Shown here one piece after another: positions 49,192 to 61,387 of a stretch of DNA of 64,000 bases. Numbering within the stretch: the stretch's first letter is position 1; each line of letters opens with the position of its first letter. Both the position numbers and the translations under genes were made by a program. The DNA is from Podarcis filfolensis (lineage: Eukaryota): assembly GCA_964270895.1 (NCBI GenBank), contig OZ185441.1; one strand, given 5' to 3'. The notes beneath the pieces are model-generated. The model was not told the DNA's origin and ran no database searches. It worked only from the letters and a program-made list of their open reading frames with translations.

Positions 49192-49667
49192 CTTAAAGAG
49201 AAAAAGAGGCGAAGGTTAATTTAACTAATCTTAGTATTATCTAGCATAATACATAATAAAAAAGACTGTCTACTTTACTTAAAGAAAATGATAAATTGCA
49301 TTTTTAAAAACAACTAAGGCTGTATCCTAAGCAAACTTTCTAGGAATTAAAGTCACATTTTAAAGCAGGAGTAAGGAGTTTCAGGCCCAATAGGCCTAGT
49401 TAGGTCACAAACCATACCCACTCCCCCACATGTGTGATACCAGGTTTGGGACAGATAAATATGTGGCTGGCATTGGCTACCCTAGGGAGCGCCCCACCAG
49501 TGAACGTGATGTGCAGTTGGGTATAGCTCACTGTCAGCCCCAATCAGCTGATGGACAGAGAGAGCGAGACCCCTTGAAGTTCCAATCTCCACACTCATAA
49601 ACTGAGGAACATTGAGAGAAAGCTGCTTTGAAGTTTGGTTGCAGCTGTAGTTTGGATACAAAGCATG

Positions 49668-49973
49668 CCATGGACACTGAGATCCAGCACCGAGGGGCAT
49701 CTGGCGGTTCCCTCATTGCGAGAAGTGAGGTTACAGGGAACCAGACAGAGGGCCTTCTCAGTAGTGGCGCCCACCCTGTGGAACGCCCTCCCTTCAGATG
49801 TGAAGGAAATAAGCAGCTATCTTCTCTTTAAAAGACATCTGAAGGCAGCCCTGTTTAGGGAAGTTTTTAATATTTAATGCTGTATTGTTTTTAACACTTG
49901 ATTGGAAGCCGCCCAGAGTGGCTGAGGAAACTCAGCCAGATGGGCGGGGTATAAATAAATTTATTATTATTAC

Positions 49974-50016
<43 letters not shown>
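49668..50016 (+). mobile_element. Young 5'-truncated L2-clade LINE with (ATT)n tail
   Basis: Open frame ...RQRAFSVVAPTLWNALPSDVKEISSYLLFKRHLKAALFREVFNI* (L2 RT C-terminus), then a 3' UTR and about 18 ATT units. Confidence 0.88.
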
Positions 50017-50017
<1 letters not shown>

Positions 50018-50693
50018 CTGAATCCATACCACAGCTGCAACCAGACTTCAAAGGGGCTCTCTCAGCACCCATCAGTTGATCAGTGCTGAGAGGGAACTCC
50101 TTTGAAGCCCTCACCTGATGACATGATGATGAGGGATGGTGCCAGGTGACTGACTGGTGGGCAGCCCCACCCAGCTGCCAGAATTGACCCATGGGGAGTG
50201 AGGGAGATATGGATTTGGCCTGCTGGCCTGCTTCAATTCCCTGGCCTTGTACTACAAGCCTCAAGTAGCGTATAGCCAGCCAAATGACACACACTTATAT
50301 CCAAAGCTGCCTGTGTGTGGGAAGGACTCGTCTTTCCCTGCTCTCTCCCCAGCAGCCCTCCCACCCTCAAATTTTGCTCCAGAGAGTTGGGGGCCCACTG
50401 GAGCAGACTTTGGGACTGCACAGAAGAAGGAGGAGGAGGAGGAGATGGTGAAGTCCCACTGCATGAATGGAAGTCCACTCGTGCAAAGTTGGATTATGCC
50501 CATAAAGAACTTTCGGATCCTCTAGAAATAATTTCATCAGAGAAAGTAAAGCTAGCAACCCCAGTTTCTTTAAAAAATAATAATCTAAAGTTATCTAGCA
50601 TACACAGAGAATGCTAGTCTTGGTTCCTGCTATGCCCTTACAGCAAGGTTTTCCCAACATAATCAAGGACTGCCTCAAACAGGCAGTATGTTA

Positions 50694-50852
<159 letters not shown>

Positions 50853-51138
50853 TTAAAAAAAGGAAATAAAAGCAAGTACTAACACAGTAACCCAAAACGA
50901 GCAGTCAAGCAAAATATCAAAAAGGTTGATGATAAATGTATTTCTGTAAAGCATGCAGTGATAGCCCCTGTCCAAACAAAGAGTCTCATTGAGCCAGGTT
51001 CTCTAGGTTTGTTGCAACTCTTAAGGAAATTTAGCCTGAGCATTTACTATGAGAGTCATTATGTGCAATACATTCAAGAATAGAACACGTGTTTTTATTT
51101 CATAAAAAGATTCAGCCTACCACTAGCCACCGTGGTTA

Positions 51139-51387
<249 letters not shown>

Positions 51388-51741
51388 TTAAAACTGAACA
51401 TTTTGCTTTGCATTTATGGTATACAAAGCATACATTCCGAAACACAGAATTTAATATCATGTAAGAATTGGTACTTGAATTTGCTTATTTTTCTCTTCCT
51501 CCCCTGCCACTTTCTTCATATTTGGTCTATTAGGTTGTTAACTACTGTAAGCAATTGGCATAAGGGTACTATATGTATAAGGTGGTAGCCAATACTGAAA
51601 TTACAAGAGCAGAACAGATTTCTGCTTGCAAAAATGAGACTTCCCCTTTGTCCCCCTGCAGCAACCCTCCATCCTTAAAATCTACTCCAGAGAGTTGGGA
51701 AATCCTCCCGTGCTGACATCTGGAGAATAAGACCTTTGAAC

Positions 51742-51743
<2 letters not shown>

Positions 51744-51781
<38 letters not shown>

Positions 51782-51835
51782 TAAATTTATATACCACTCT
51801 TCAACCAAAGATCTCAGGACAGTTCACAAACCCAT
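51744..51835 (-). mobile_element. Retroelement 3' tail with (ATT)n
   Basis: (ATT)n at 51744-81 followed by tttatataccactcttcaaccaaagatctcaggacagttcac. Confidence 0.5.
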
Positions 51836-52329
51836 CAAGCACCTACAGTTTAAGTGACACCCCCAAATGACCAGCACAATTAGTAAGTTTCAGAATATAG
51901 TGCTATATAAACTTTGGTCAGATCAGAGATTTGCCGATCTAGTCCTCTTCAAAGGCTGTTGTCCTGAAACCCCCACCAGTCCCAACCATTTTGGCCAATG
52001 GTCAGGGAAGGTGGGAGTGGCAGTCCAACAATATCTGGAGGGCACAACGTTGACTACTTCTAGTTTAGATGGCAGCTCTTTCTAAGCACAGCAGAGTGAC
52101 AGATATTAAAGGCAAGAAACACCACTTTCAATTTTCAGCACTTATTTAGCACAAGTTCTCCTCTGGAGAGGAAGCATTTGACACAGCAATAGGAAATCAA
52201 TTCTTACAGCTGGATCCTAGCCATGCTTACTCAGAACTGGGTCCCACTGATTTCAATAGGACACTCTCAAGCATGCTTAGAGCCGTGGTATAAGTATTAT
52301 GCACAAATAACAAAATAAGAGAAAGAATT

Positions 52330-52505
52330 GTAGGTTAAATTTATAGAACATGCTTTGCATGAAAATGCTCCAAGGTTCAAGAAGCATGGGGAAAGACTCC
52401 TATCTGAAATGTTGGAGGGTCACTGCCATTCAGTGTTGAAAAAACTGAGCTAGATGGACAAATGGTCTAGCTTGGTATACACCAGCTTTCTACATTCCAT
52501 GTTCC
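52330..52505 (+). mobile_element. Squamate tRNA-derived SINE, decayed
   Basis: tagaacatgctttgcatg...ggttcaa head and actgagctagatggacaaatggtct tail. Confidence 0.6.
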
Positions 52506-54684
52506 TGTGTAGCATATATCTTTCATTTCCAGAAAACATTCATTGCTTAAGTAACATTAACTCAGTGGCGAAATATTTTCAGTAAGCTAATAAGAACTTA
52601 TGAAACCCGGTGACTAAGTAAAGGAAGTTAACATTGGGCTGTCCTTGTTCACAAAGATAAAGACTGAGGGAGAGAGAAAGTCATGCTTAAATTCAGAGAT
52701 TATCACACTTAATTCAGTATCAGCCTGCGTAGCTCCACTGCTATCTCACACTTTTGAGAAACACACTTTTACATTAGTTTAAAAAAAAAAAAAGAGTGTG
52801 GTGTTGCAATTTAAGCATTTCCTTCATTGTTGGAAAAGTGTTTTATGGCACTTTGGCTATTTGCAAGTAGCTTATGCCAACAACATCATCAGTGATCTGG
52901 TATTGCACTTAACTGCTAGAGAGTCTCAGGAGCCTTTCAAAGCCATGCTGCTAATTCAGTATACTCATGCCATAGGGTCTCAACCCCTCTTTCTTTGGAA
53001 GAAGAATATGCCTTTTTTATGGCAATGCAAAAAACAAAACCCATTGAACACATCATAACCTACTTTCCACCCATTTAATTACAAGCTATTGCAGGCAGTG
53101 TCTCAGCTTGTTTTATTGCAAAATTCCAGGAAGCCACTGTCATGATGTTATTTCCTACACATCTGTACAGAGGCAAGATGTGGCAACCTCTCCTCCCATT
53201 TTCAACCACCCTTTCCTGGAGTACTAAAGAAAATTCCCTGTTAAATTGCTAGACAGAACAATTGCACCATTGCCTCCATGTCCCTCATGTCCTACAGCTC
53301 AATTTCTTGGAAGAACAAAAAGGTACACTTCACAGCGGTCCACAATTATGCACCTCACTAGTATTCCATCATTCCTGGAAAGAGTGACAAGAAAAGTCCC
53401 ATTCTTCTGCTCCAGCTTCTAGATGAGGAGTCAGAGATCATTAACCAGAGGTCAACTGAGTTTCAGAGGGCATAATAAATCAAAGAGGAAGATCCCATGC
53501 CCTCATCTCCAGCTCCAAGCTGAAAAGAAAGATTGGGGCTTCCCATTTTGGTGCTCAGGTCTCTTCAGCCACCTTAAAAAAAACAACAAAGAAAACCCAG
53601 CCATTCTCTCTAGCTGCAGAGTAGGAGAGTGAAGATCGCTATTTGAGCCACTGGCAGCATTAATGTCCCAAGTGATCAGAGAACAGATTGTCCACACAAC
53701 TGTGAAGTCCACATCTGTGAAGTCTTCTGAACTTCAGCACTGTAACCATTGCAATTACTGTTATTATTCTAAGCACTGTAATAGGGACTGTAGCCACACA
53801 GGGGATTGCTGATGTCCTTGCGCACAGATGCGGGGGAAGGTCAGGGACCAGCAGCCCAATCCTAATATACTGAAAGGGAGGCAAGGAGTCCTGGCAATCA
53901 CCAGCTTAGCTTTGGCAACCATGACCGGCCAAAAAGTCTGAGGGCCTCTGACACTCAAAAATATTCCAAGCCCCATTAAAATGATGGAAAGCAGAACTGA
54001 AGTCTCAAGAGTAACATTTTCTGGGTAGCAGTTCTAACCCTTGAAGGAGACGAGAGTGGCAAAGGCCTACCAAGTTTCTGTCCGCAACATCCATGGCAAT
54101 AGCAACATACTTTAGTTACACTGAGGTATTTTTAGAAACCAGTTCTACTCAGCAGTTTATGCAGCAAAGGCGTATTACCATGACACGACCTTGAAGAAAG
54201 GAAGTTGTCACCTTTGCCCCAGATATCACAGGCATTTGCACGGCAGCTCAGTGCATGGAGAAACACTTATTGCTTCCCTCTCTAATAAAAAGACAGCAAC
54301 AGAGCGCAGGGGCCAGCCGTCCCCAACCTGGAGTCCACCATTTGTTTCAAACTACATCAACCCAACAGTCCTCGGCTCATGTTAAAGGAAGATGTGAGTC
54401 ACACAACAACATTTAAGAGACCTTAAAGGGCAGCTAAGACAACATTTTTAAAGGTCTTTCATAAGGCAGGCATTTGGGAGCAAGCGCGGGCAAACCCACG
54501 ACAGACCACGTTTAAAGCCCTTTAAAGCCCTTGGTGAGGGAGCAAGCGCGTCGGGGCAGGATGCTACCGATGTCCTCGCCCGGTGACCAAAAAGCAGGAG
54601 TTGTATACCAAGCGGAAACGGAGACGGGAAGAGGGGAGTTTTATTCATCTTTCCTTCCAAAGGAAGCTCCATAGCTCAGCTAGA

Positions 54685-54835
54685 GAAGGGCTGTAGCTCA
54701 CTGCCAAAGCATCTCCTTTGCACAGGCTCAACCCGCAGCATCTCCCGATGGGACAGGGAGAGACCCCTGGAGAGCCGCTGCCAGCCAGTGTAGGCAACAC
54801 TGAGCTCGGAAGAACCAGCGGTTTTTCTGTCCCTC
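54685..54835 (+). mobile_element. Squamate tRNA-derived SINE inside the CpG island (PRELID3A intron 1)
   Basis: gggctgtagctcactgccaaagcatctcctttgca...ccctggagagccgctgccagccagtgtaggcaacactgagct; same family as 52330-52505. Confidence 0.6.
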
Positions 54836-54895
54836 CGCCAGCGCGGGCTGCTGCTGTCAAGGACGGAACGCGCGCCACTCCCGTCCTCGCCTTAC

Positions 54896-54927
54896 CCAAA
54901 TTCGTGCTCCGAGCTCCAGATCTTCAT
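54896..54927 (-). CDS. PRELID3A: PRELID3A exon 1 coding part, MKIWSSEHEF(G)
   Basis: ATG at 54927-25 (context caggATGA), GTAAGG donor at 54895. The six exons total 558 nt = 185 aa + stop. Paralogue assigned from MKIWSS/HPWDTV residues and synteny between SPIRE1 and AFG3L2. Confidence 0.95.
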
Positions 54928-56405
54928 CCTGTCTGTAAAAGCAGCGGCGTTAATGGCGGCTCAATGGAAAGAACCGGCTTCTCCGCCCCAAAGGAAAGGG
55001 CGGCGCTTTTCCCCGGAGGAGAGTGGGCGATGACGTCAGCCGCCTCCCACCCGTCCTTCTTCCCCGCGCCAGCCAATCGCCGCTCCTGTCCGCTGGAAAG
55101 ACACCCGGCTCGCTCCCGCCTCCCTGCACCCTTCGATGCCCGGGGAAAGGACGCGTCAAGTCCGTGTGAAGACCTTGAACAGGGGACGCCCGGCTCACAT
55201 TCCTCGCCAGTGACGTCAGGGCTTCGGCTCTGGAAACGCGTCGTTTCTTGCCAATTGCGTGATTCCTCGGTGGATCCAGTCGCTTTGCCTCGCGGGTTTG
55301 CAGATCCGTAGCGCCTCTGCGCCGGCTGCATCAGTCGTGAGCCGAGCGTGGGATTCTAAGGCTGCCCTTGGCATGGGGTGTGTTTTGATCTTTGCCCGCA
55401 CAGAAAGCAGAAGAGTAGTATCTTGTGTCGTCGTGGCCTCTGACTCTTACTGACTTCAGTCTCACTGGGTTTAGGGTGCGAATTAAGTCAGGTCACACAT
55501 TTTCACGGAATAAAATCTTCCACGTTTTCTGCAGCGCGTATTTATTAAAGGGGAAAAGGTTCGGTCCTATGCACGCATATTTCGAATGAATGATTGTCAA
55601 TGTATATACATGAGATTGTACAAAGCCGCTGGCAAACGCGTTGTAAAATCATTCTTAAAACAAAACTAAATTCAAGTTGACTTAAGGCAGTCCTGTTACA
55701 TTAGAGAAAATGAAGCAAACTGGTTTCACGACTGGCCTTGATTTCTAGGGCCATCGCTAGAATACATAGCAGAGCGCGGGAAAACCTGCCTATGGATTGT
55801 CACAGAATTAACATCTACCGATGTCAGTTCTTACACACACATAATTGGGGAGAAAATGTTACTGTATTCTATGCGATTTAAGCCCAACTACTTGACAGTA
55901 ATCAAAACAGAGTCCTCGAAAATACCGAACATAGGATTATGTAACTTTATGTAACTGTGTTCAGTTTCTACTCCCCAATAAATGTGTTTAGGCTTGCAAT
56001 TTACACCGAACTGTCTCATCACAGAGTTTCTGCGCGGGTGACGTAATGAGAGATGCAATCCGAAATCAGTAGGCAGCGACCGTGGTACTGGGACAATTTA
56101 AAATCAAATAGGATTAAAATAATTGCAGCTTCCGGCACCTTTTATTGGTGAACTCTCTTCCACTTTCCTGGGTCGAGGTTATACCGGAGCCACGTGTCTC
56201 CGTCCGACTGACCTTGCAAATAAATTCCAAGGCATCACTCTTTCCCCTTCGACATATATGTAACTAATTAATACCGTCGGGGCCTACGTAAGTGTCCTAG
56301 ACGCCACGTGATTTCGGCGCTCATCGACTCCTGATCCACTGGTGCCAACCTGCCTCAGCAGGCACAACCATCACCCTGTAGGCGTGTTTGCCTTGGGTAC
56401 AAATA

Positions 56406-56631
56406 CAGTGGTACCTCGGGTTAAGTACTTAATTCATTCCGGAGGTCCATTCTTAACCTGAAACTGTTCTTAACCTGAAGCACCACTTTAGCTAATGGGG
56501 CCTCCTGCTGCTGCTGCGCCGCCGGAGCCCGATTTCTGTTCTTATCCTGAAGCAAATATCTTAACCTGAAGCACTATTTCTGGGTTAGCGGAGTGTGTAA
56601 CCTGAAGCGTATGTAACCCGAGGTACCACTG
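56406..56631. mobile_element. Tc1/mariner-type MITE, copy 2 (full length, 226 bp)
   Basis: TIRs CAGTGGTACCTCGGGTTA / TAACCCGAGGTACCACTG, TA on both flanks. Opposite orientation to copy 1. Confidence 0.92.
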
Positions 56632-56639
56632 TACCAAGC

Positions 56640-57250
56640 AGGGGTCGTCTTTCAGCTAGCATGCAAGTCTGCAATAGGGTCGTCTCGTTGTTGCAGCAGG
56701 CTGGCGGAGAGCAACACGCGCAACGCCTCCAAAAGAGGCGGGGCTTACGAAAAAAGGCGGAGCATGGCGAAGGCTGCGCGCACGCGCGGGAGGGGTCATG
56801 GGGCGCCGTGATGGCGTCACGCGCGGCGCCGGGGGCGTGGCCAAGGTCCCCCAACCACCCGCTCGCCTGTTTGTGTAACTGAGTGAGTGAAGAGAGCGGT
56901 GCTTTGGGGCCGCTGGCCTGTTTCGGCGACTATGGCTCACCGCTGCCTGTGGCTGTCGCGGGGCTGCTGCCGGCGTTCCCCCGGCGGGATTCCCGGGGCC
57001 GCCCAGCGGCTGCTTTGGGGCCGAGGCCCCGCCGCGCCTTCGCGCTACCTGAGATTGGTGAGTCACGTGCGTGTCAGGCAAGGGCAGGGCGCAAGAGGAA
57101 CGGGGTGCGCCTCCCGGGAGGTGGACCGGGGCCGCCGCCGCAACCACGAGGGAGTCCCGTCCCCGTGGTGTCACTTGGCAACTGACGTTTCTTATCTCCC
57201 CGAAGGTTAAAGAAGAGAACCGGCTTGTGTCGTGGCTGTTTCAGCACCGT
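56640..57250. promoter_or_regulatory. CpG island / AFG3L2 promoter and first exon
   Basis: High CpG density. GC box gaggcggggc at ~56736, NRF1-type CGCGCACGCGCG at 56777-88, YY1-like ATGGCG. Confidence 0.8.
56932..57057 (+). CDS. AFG3L2: AFG3L2 exon 1 (mitochondrial presequence), MAHRCLWLSRGCCRRSPGGIPGAAQRLLWGRGPAAPSRYLRL
   Basis: ATG at 56932, GTGAGT donor at 57058. MAHRCL N-terminus as in vertebrate AFG3L2; Arg-rich with no acidic residues. Confidence 0.93.
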
Positions 57251-57402
57251 AATGGTGACGGTGAGAAATGCTTAGCATCTCACCTTTGCTGCCACCTTTG
57301 CTAGTCACAGTCCCTTGGTCCAACAAGATCACAATGGGCTTCGCTGACTGACTGTCAAAGGTTCTTGACGGTTTTGAGTGGGAAAAAATTAAAAAGCAAA
57401 TC

Positions 57403-57490
57403 TTGACCGGTCTTGCCTGGAGATGTCAGAGAGTGAATCTGGAACTTTTTGCAGATGAAAACGGGTTCTACCACTGAACTGCGCTTCTCG
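57403..57490 (-). mobile_element. tRNA-derived SINE head fragment
   Basis: The minus strand reads gcgcagttcagtggtagaac...ttccagattcac...catctccagg. Confidence 0.5.
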
Positions 57491-58629
57491 TATGCAAAAG
57501 GATTTGTATAGTGCTTTTGAGTGTTCAAAGAACTTCCTGTACACTCTCTTGTAATTTTATAATTATTTTTATTATCTTTCAGCAACCCTGTAAAGTATAT
57601 CATTATTATCCCCCTGTTGTATATTGGGTTGAGGGGAAAGTGTGAGTTTGAGAGACAGTGGTTTATTTAACGTCACCTGCTAAATTCATAACAGAAGTAA
57701 TGTGTGAGCTGGTTTCTAGCTCAGATGAGTTGACAGTTGCTTTTATCTGTTCTTTGTAAACTTGCTTCAGCGTCTCATTTGGAAAAGTAAGAGGAGGAAT
57801 GATAGAGTAAACTGCTTTTACTCACACTGTGGAGGGAGCTTTCACTTTCTTTGATATTTGTGATATTTCATCCCCAGGCAACATTCCAGGTGTACCTATC
57901 CAGCGTACCCATTGAGAAATGAAACCAAAGGATATATTTTACATCAGGGGTGGTGCAGGAGAACCTCCGATGATGTAAAAAAATGTGCCAGGATATTTGT
58001 GAAACTAGGAGAGTGGCTGCTTTTAAATGAATAACCATTATTTCATATTGCAAAAACAGGCCTTCAAGTGGAACCTACTCGCATGTATGAATGTATACAA
58101 CTGCAGTCTAAGGCTGCAATTCAAACACCCTTTTCTAGAAAGGTGTTTATATTGGGCAGAGATGGTGCTGTGTCCAGCCCTGCCAGCCCTGTACCCATGT
58201 CGGTTTGTATCCACTGGCACAAACATGCAGACAGATAGCCCTGAAACAGTGTGTTCTGGGGGCAGGGAAGGGCTGAGTCAGTCTGGGATCCAGTGGATCC
58301 CAAGCTGGTCCTGCAGCAGTCACATAACGGTATTAGTCCCATTATGGGCCTGATTGCTGGCACAGCTTCAGGCTTGGGCAGCTGTTTGCTTGCCATCTCC
58401 CCTGTCTGGGCTAGCATGAGCAACTGGGCTGTGGATGCCTTGGTGGTCCCACTGCTCTCCAGCTAGGGTTTGGATTGCAATCTAAGGCAGCAATTGTGTG
58501 CATGCTTACTAGAAAGTAAGCCCCATTGAAATCTCTGGGATTTATTTGCAATTAAGCATGCATGGGATTGTGCTGAAAAGATGCTGAGGAACTGTCTTGG
58601 TTTTTTAGTGACAATTCTCATTTTTTCAG

Positions 58630-58729
58630 CTTCATGACCATGTGGCCACACAAGTTCCTACAAACAGAAGCAATGTCCTTGCAAGTGTAATTGCTGTTTA
58701 CAGGAAGCTCTTCTCCCAACCTCCAAAAG
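58630..58729 (+). CDS. AFG3L2: AFG3L2 exon 2, LHDHVATQVPTNRSNVLASVIAVYRKLFSQPPK(G)
   Basis: ttttttcag acceptor, GTAATT donor, 100 nt, phase 0/1. Ends in the conserved PPKG. Confidence 0.9.
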
Positions 58730-59279
58730 GTAATTTTTTGCTGTAAAATAATAATATTGTGTAGTTTATTATTATATTATTGACTACTACGCTTATTCAT
58801 CTTATGTGTTTAAAGCTGCTTAGTCACAATTTTATGGGAAGCGGCATAGAAATAAACATGGTGTTTTTTTCCAATACCAGAGCTGCACTAGAATGTTTGA
58901 AGCAGCATAGCTCTGAGAATGTGCAGAGACCTATTGCCTTGCTACAGAACAATTACACCTTAATTGCATTGCTTCCTCAATCAGAATGAAAAATGTGGCC
59001 TGAGCCCCAGCACTTTACTCTTTAGAAGTTAAGCACAGCTGTCCTGCCGTCTTTCCAGCATGTCAGAGAGCAATCTCCCACAAAACTCCTCTCTTGTATT
59101 GTTGCACAATGTTGGACCATCACTGAGAAGGGCCTTTCCTTCATGCCCACCAACCTAAATGATCACACTGGTGGTTACATGAGCATGGGTTCCTGACAGG
59201 TTGATACATACGTAGACAGCCTTTCAAGTAACCTAATTACAACCCATTTAGTTCAGGAGTCCTACAGCCTCCCTGAGAT

Positions 59280-59680
59280 GAGTAGGTTGAAACAAGGGGT
59301 AGAGCTGAAGTCATCTGCATATGGCAGCTGAAACCTTTGAATGACTTCTCCTAGCAGTTTCATGCAGATGTTGAAAAGCATGGGAGACAGAACACAAAAC
59401 AAAGCCAAAACTCAAGGGGTAAAACAGAAGGTCCCCTCATCACAACCATCTGGAATCAACTATCCAGGAGGCACCAGAGCCAGCAGAACACTGTGCCTTC
59501 CAAGTCCAACCCAGTCAAGTAGCTCAGAAGGATAGTGTTGATTGATGGTGTTGAAAGCCACTAAGAGATCCAGGACAGCCAGTAGGATTGTGCTCACTAT
59601 TCATCCCCAGTCCAAGGCCAGTCAAGGTGTTTTTCAAGTTAAACCCAGGCCTGAAGCTGGACAGGAATATTATTCTTTCT
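59280..59680 (-). mobile_element. Decayed L2 reverse-transcriptase fragment
   Basis: The minus strand gives YADD (59321-59310) and LLAVLDLLVAFNTIN (from consensus LLDLSAAFDTIDH), with frameshifts. Confidence 0.75.
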
Positions 59681-60106
59681 TTGTCCCTATCTCAAGCTAC
59701 ATATGTCGTGTGACTCACCTGTTTCAGTCCAAGGGCTGACTGAGCTCTCAGAATAGTCCTCCTTTCTCTCCACAAAAAAAGTCTGCTTCCAGTTTTCCAC
59801 CTTCCTACCTTTTTCTTGTTTCAGCAGTGTAGTTCTTCTAGAAACTAGAGGGTAGGCACTTTTGATAGGCACTTGGGCAGTTACTATTCTTTATCAGAAA
59901 TATTTTTAAATGACACACATGCTTTTATCTCCTCCTTTTCCTACCCACCCACCCTCCTGTTTAGCTTTATCAGATATGTGAAACTCACATATCCACCTCT
60001 TTTCCTGTACCCTGAAACACACGGTGAGGCTATTTTTGGTGAGACTTCACTGCCTCAAGCATAATATAATATACTCAATTTTTTTTGCTGCTTTTTTCCT
60101 TACTAG

Positions 60107-60175
60107 GTTTTGAAAAATATTTCCCTGATGAAAAGAAACCTAATGAAACAAAGGGCTCAGAAGGAGAAGCTAAAG
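60107..60175 (+). CDS. AFG3L2: AFG3L2 exon 3, (G)FEKYFPDEKKPNETKGSEGEAK(D)
   Basis: TAG acceptor, GTACCA donor, 69 nt, phase 1/1. GFEKYFP motif. Confidence 0.94.
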
Positions 60176-61387
60176 GTACCAGTCTGCTTTTTCACTTGAG
60201 GCTCATATGTAGAATAAATGTCACTTTGGTTATTATTAATTTTGACTGCTCTTATATACAAGCCCCATGTTGCTGTGTCCTAGTTTTGACAATGGCCATG
60301 AAAGTGGTCACTGTTTCCTACAGTTTACTTCTGTCTTGTGACTTCTGTTGTCACATTTTATGTGCCAGGTCTTCACATTGTAGAATTGATATGTTTCTGC
60401 TCCAGCATCACCATATTTAGTTTCTGAATTCTCTGTTAGATGTTTGTGGTGTTGTTATTTTTTCCTTGAGCATTTTGATTAACGATCTATGTTAACTGGG
60501 CCTGTTTATATCCCTGGTTTGTGTGCCTTTTGATGTTTGTTAAAGAATTGAGTACTTTGTATCAGTTAAGAAAGAGGGCCAAAGCTACAGTGACACGGGT
60601 ACTGTATTTAAACATAATAAAGAAGGGAGCAGGAAGCTGGAAATGAATTGGGAAAACTGAGCTTGCACTATCGTTCCACTAAAAACTGGATTCTATCTAA
60701 TCAAAAAGCATTATCTGGATGTACCATGATACATTGTTTGAGACACCCCAACAATAACCAGTTTACACCAGGTTTTCATCTCACTGTGTTGTGAGTTCTT
60801 ACATAATCATTACTGTTCCCCACCTAAACACATGTCCTGGCGTGATGCATCATAATAATCTTTATATACTGCCTTTACTGAATCCTCAGAGGACTTCATT
60901 TACACGATATAAGTAGTCTTTGTAACATCTCTGTAACTTAGTCCAGATTCTGAGTGTTAAAAACAAATTGCACATTAAATATGTGACTTCTCTTGTAAAC
61001 AGCTGCCACACGTTTAGGCCCACCCAACCCCCTGATGCTTTCTGGTAGAGCTTTGCTATGCTGTGACATCATGATGTTCTGTGTTCCCTGCACCATGCCA
61101 TCAGCAGTCAGTGATACAGGGTGGGGAGGCACAGAACATTTTGCTGTCGCAGCATAAAGTAAGATCTGTTCCATGGTACGGAGTAAGGGTTGGGATTAGA
61201 TGAGTGAACGCTATTTTTGTAGACAGCCGTGTGTGTGTGTTGTAACATCTAATCTAGCTGGTAATCTTGTAAGAATCAGTGTTGTGTAAAGATTACAGAA
61301 GTAACAAAACAAAGAACTACAGGGAGATAGGCTTGCTTGCTTGCTTTCTAGTTTTTGTAGAAACATGCGTGTCAACTCTGTTTGTAG

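Larger units (their letters stand above)
54480..55460. promoter_or_regulatory. CpG island / PRELID3A promoter and first exon
   Basis: Abrupt rise in GC and CpG content. TGACGTCA at 55031 and 55211; CCAAT at ~55072 and ~55251. Confidence 0.8.

Noticed and set aside
49885-50079. Poly-Ile and poly-Asn ORFs (also 49932-50294 and 51569-51808)
   Set aside because: Translations of (ATT)n/(AAT)n retroelement tails.
54901-54903. Glu instead of the usual Val at PRELID3A residue 9
   Set aside because: As recalled, the yeast homologue Ups2 has an acidic residue at the equivalent position, so it is probably tolerated.
54718-55331. Overlapping 197-aa (+) and 135-aa (-) ORFs
   Set aside because: Expected stop-codon depletion in a GC-rich CpG island; they overlap PRELID3A exon 1 and promoter out of frame or antisense.
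56656-57304. Several GC-rich ORFs (172, 100, 107 aa)
   Set aside because: CpG-island artefacts; only 56932-57057 is supported, as AFG3L2 exon 1.
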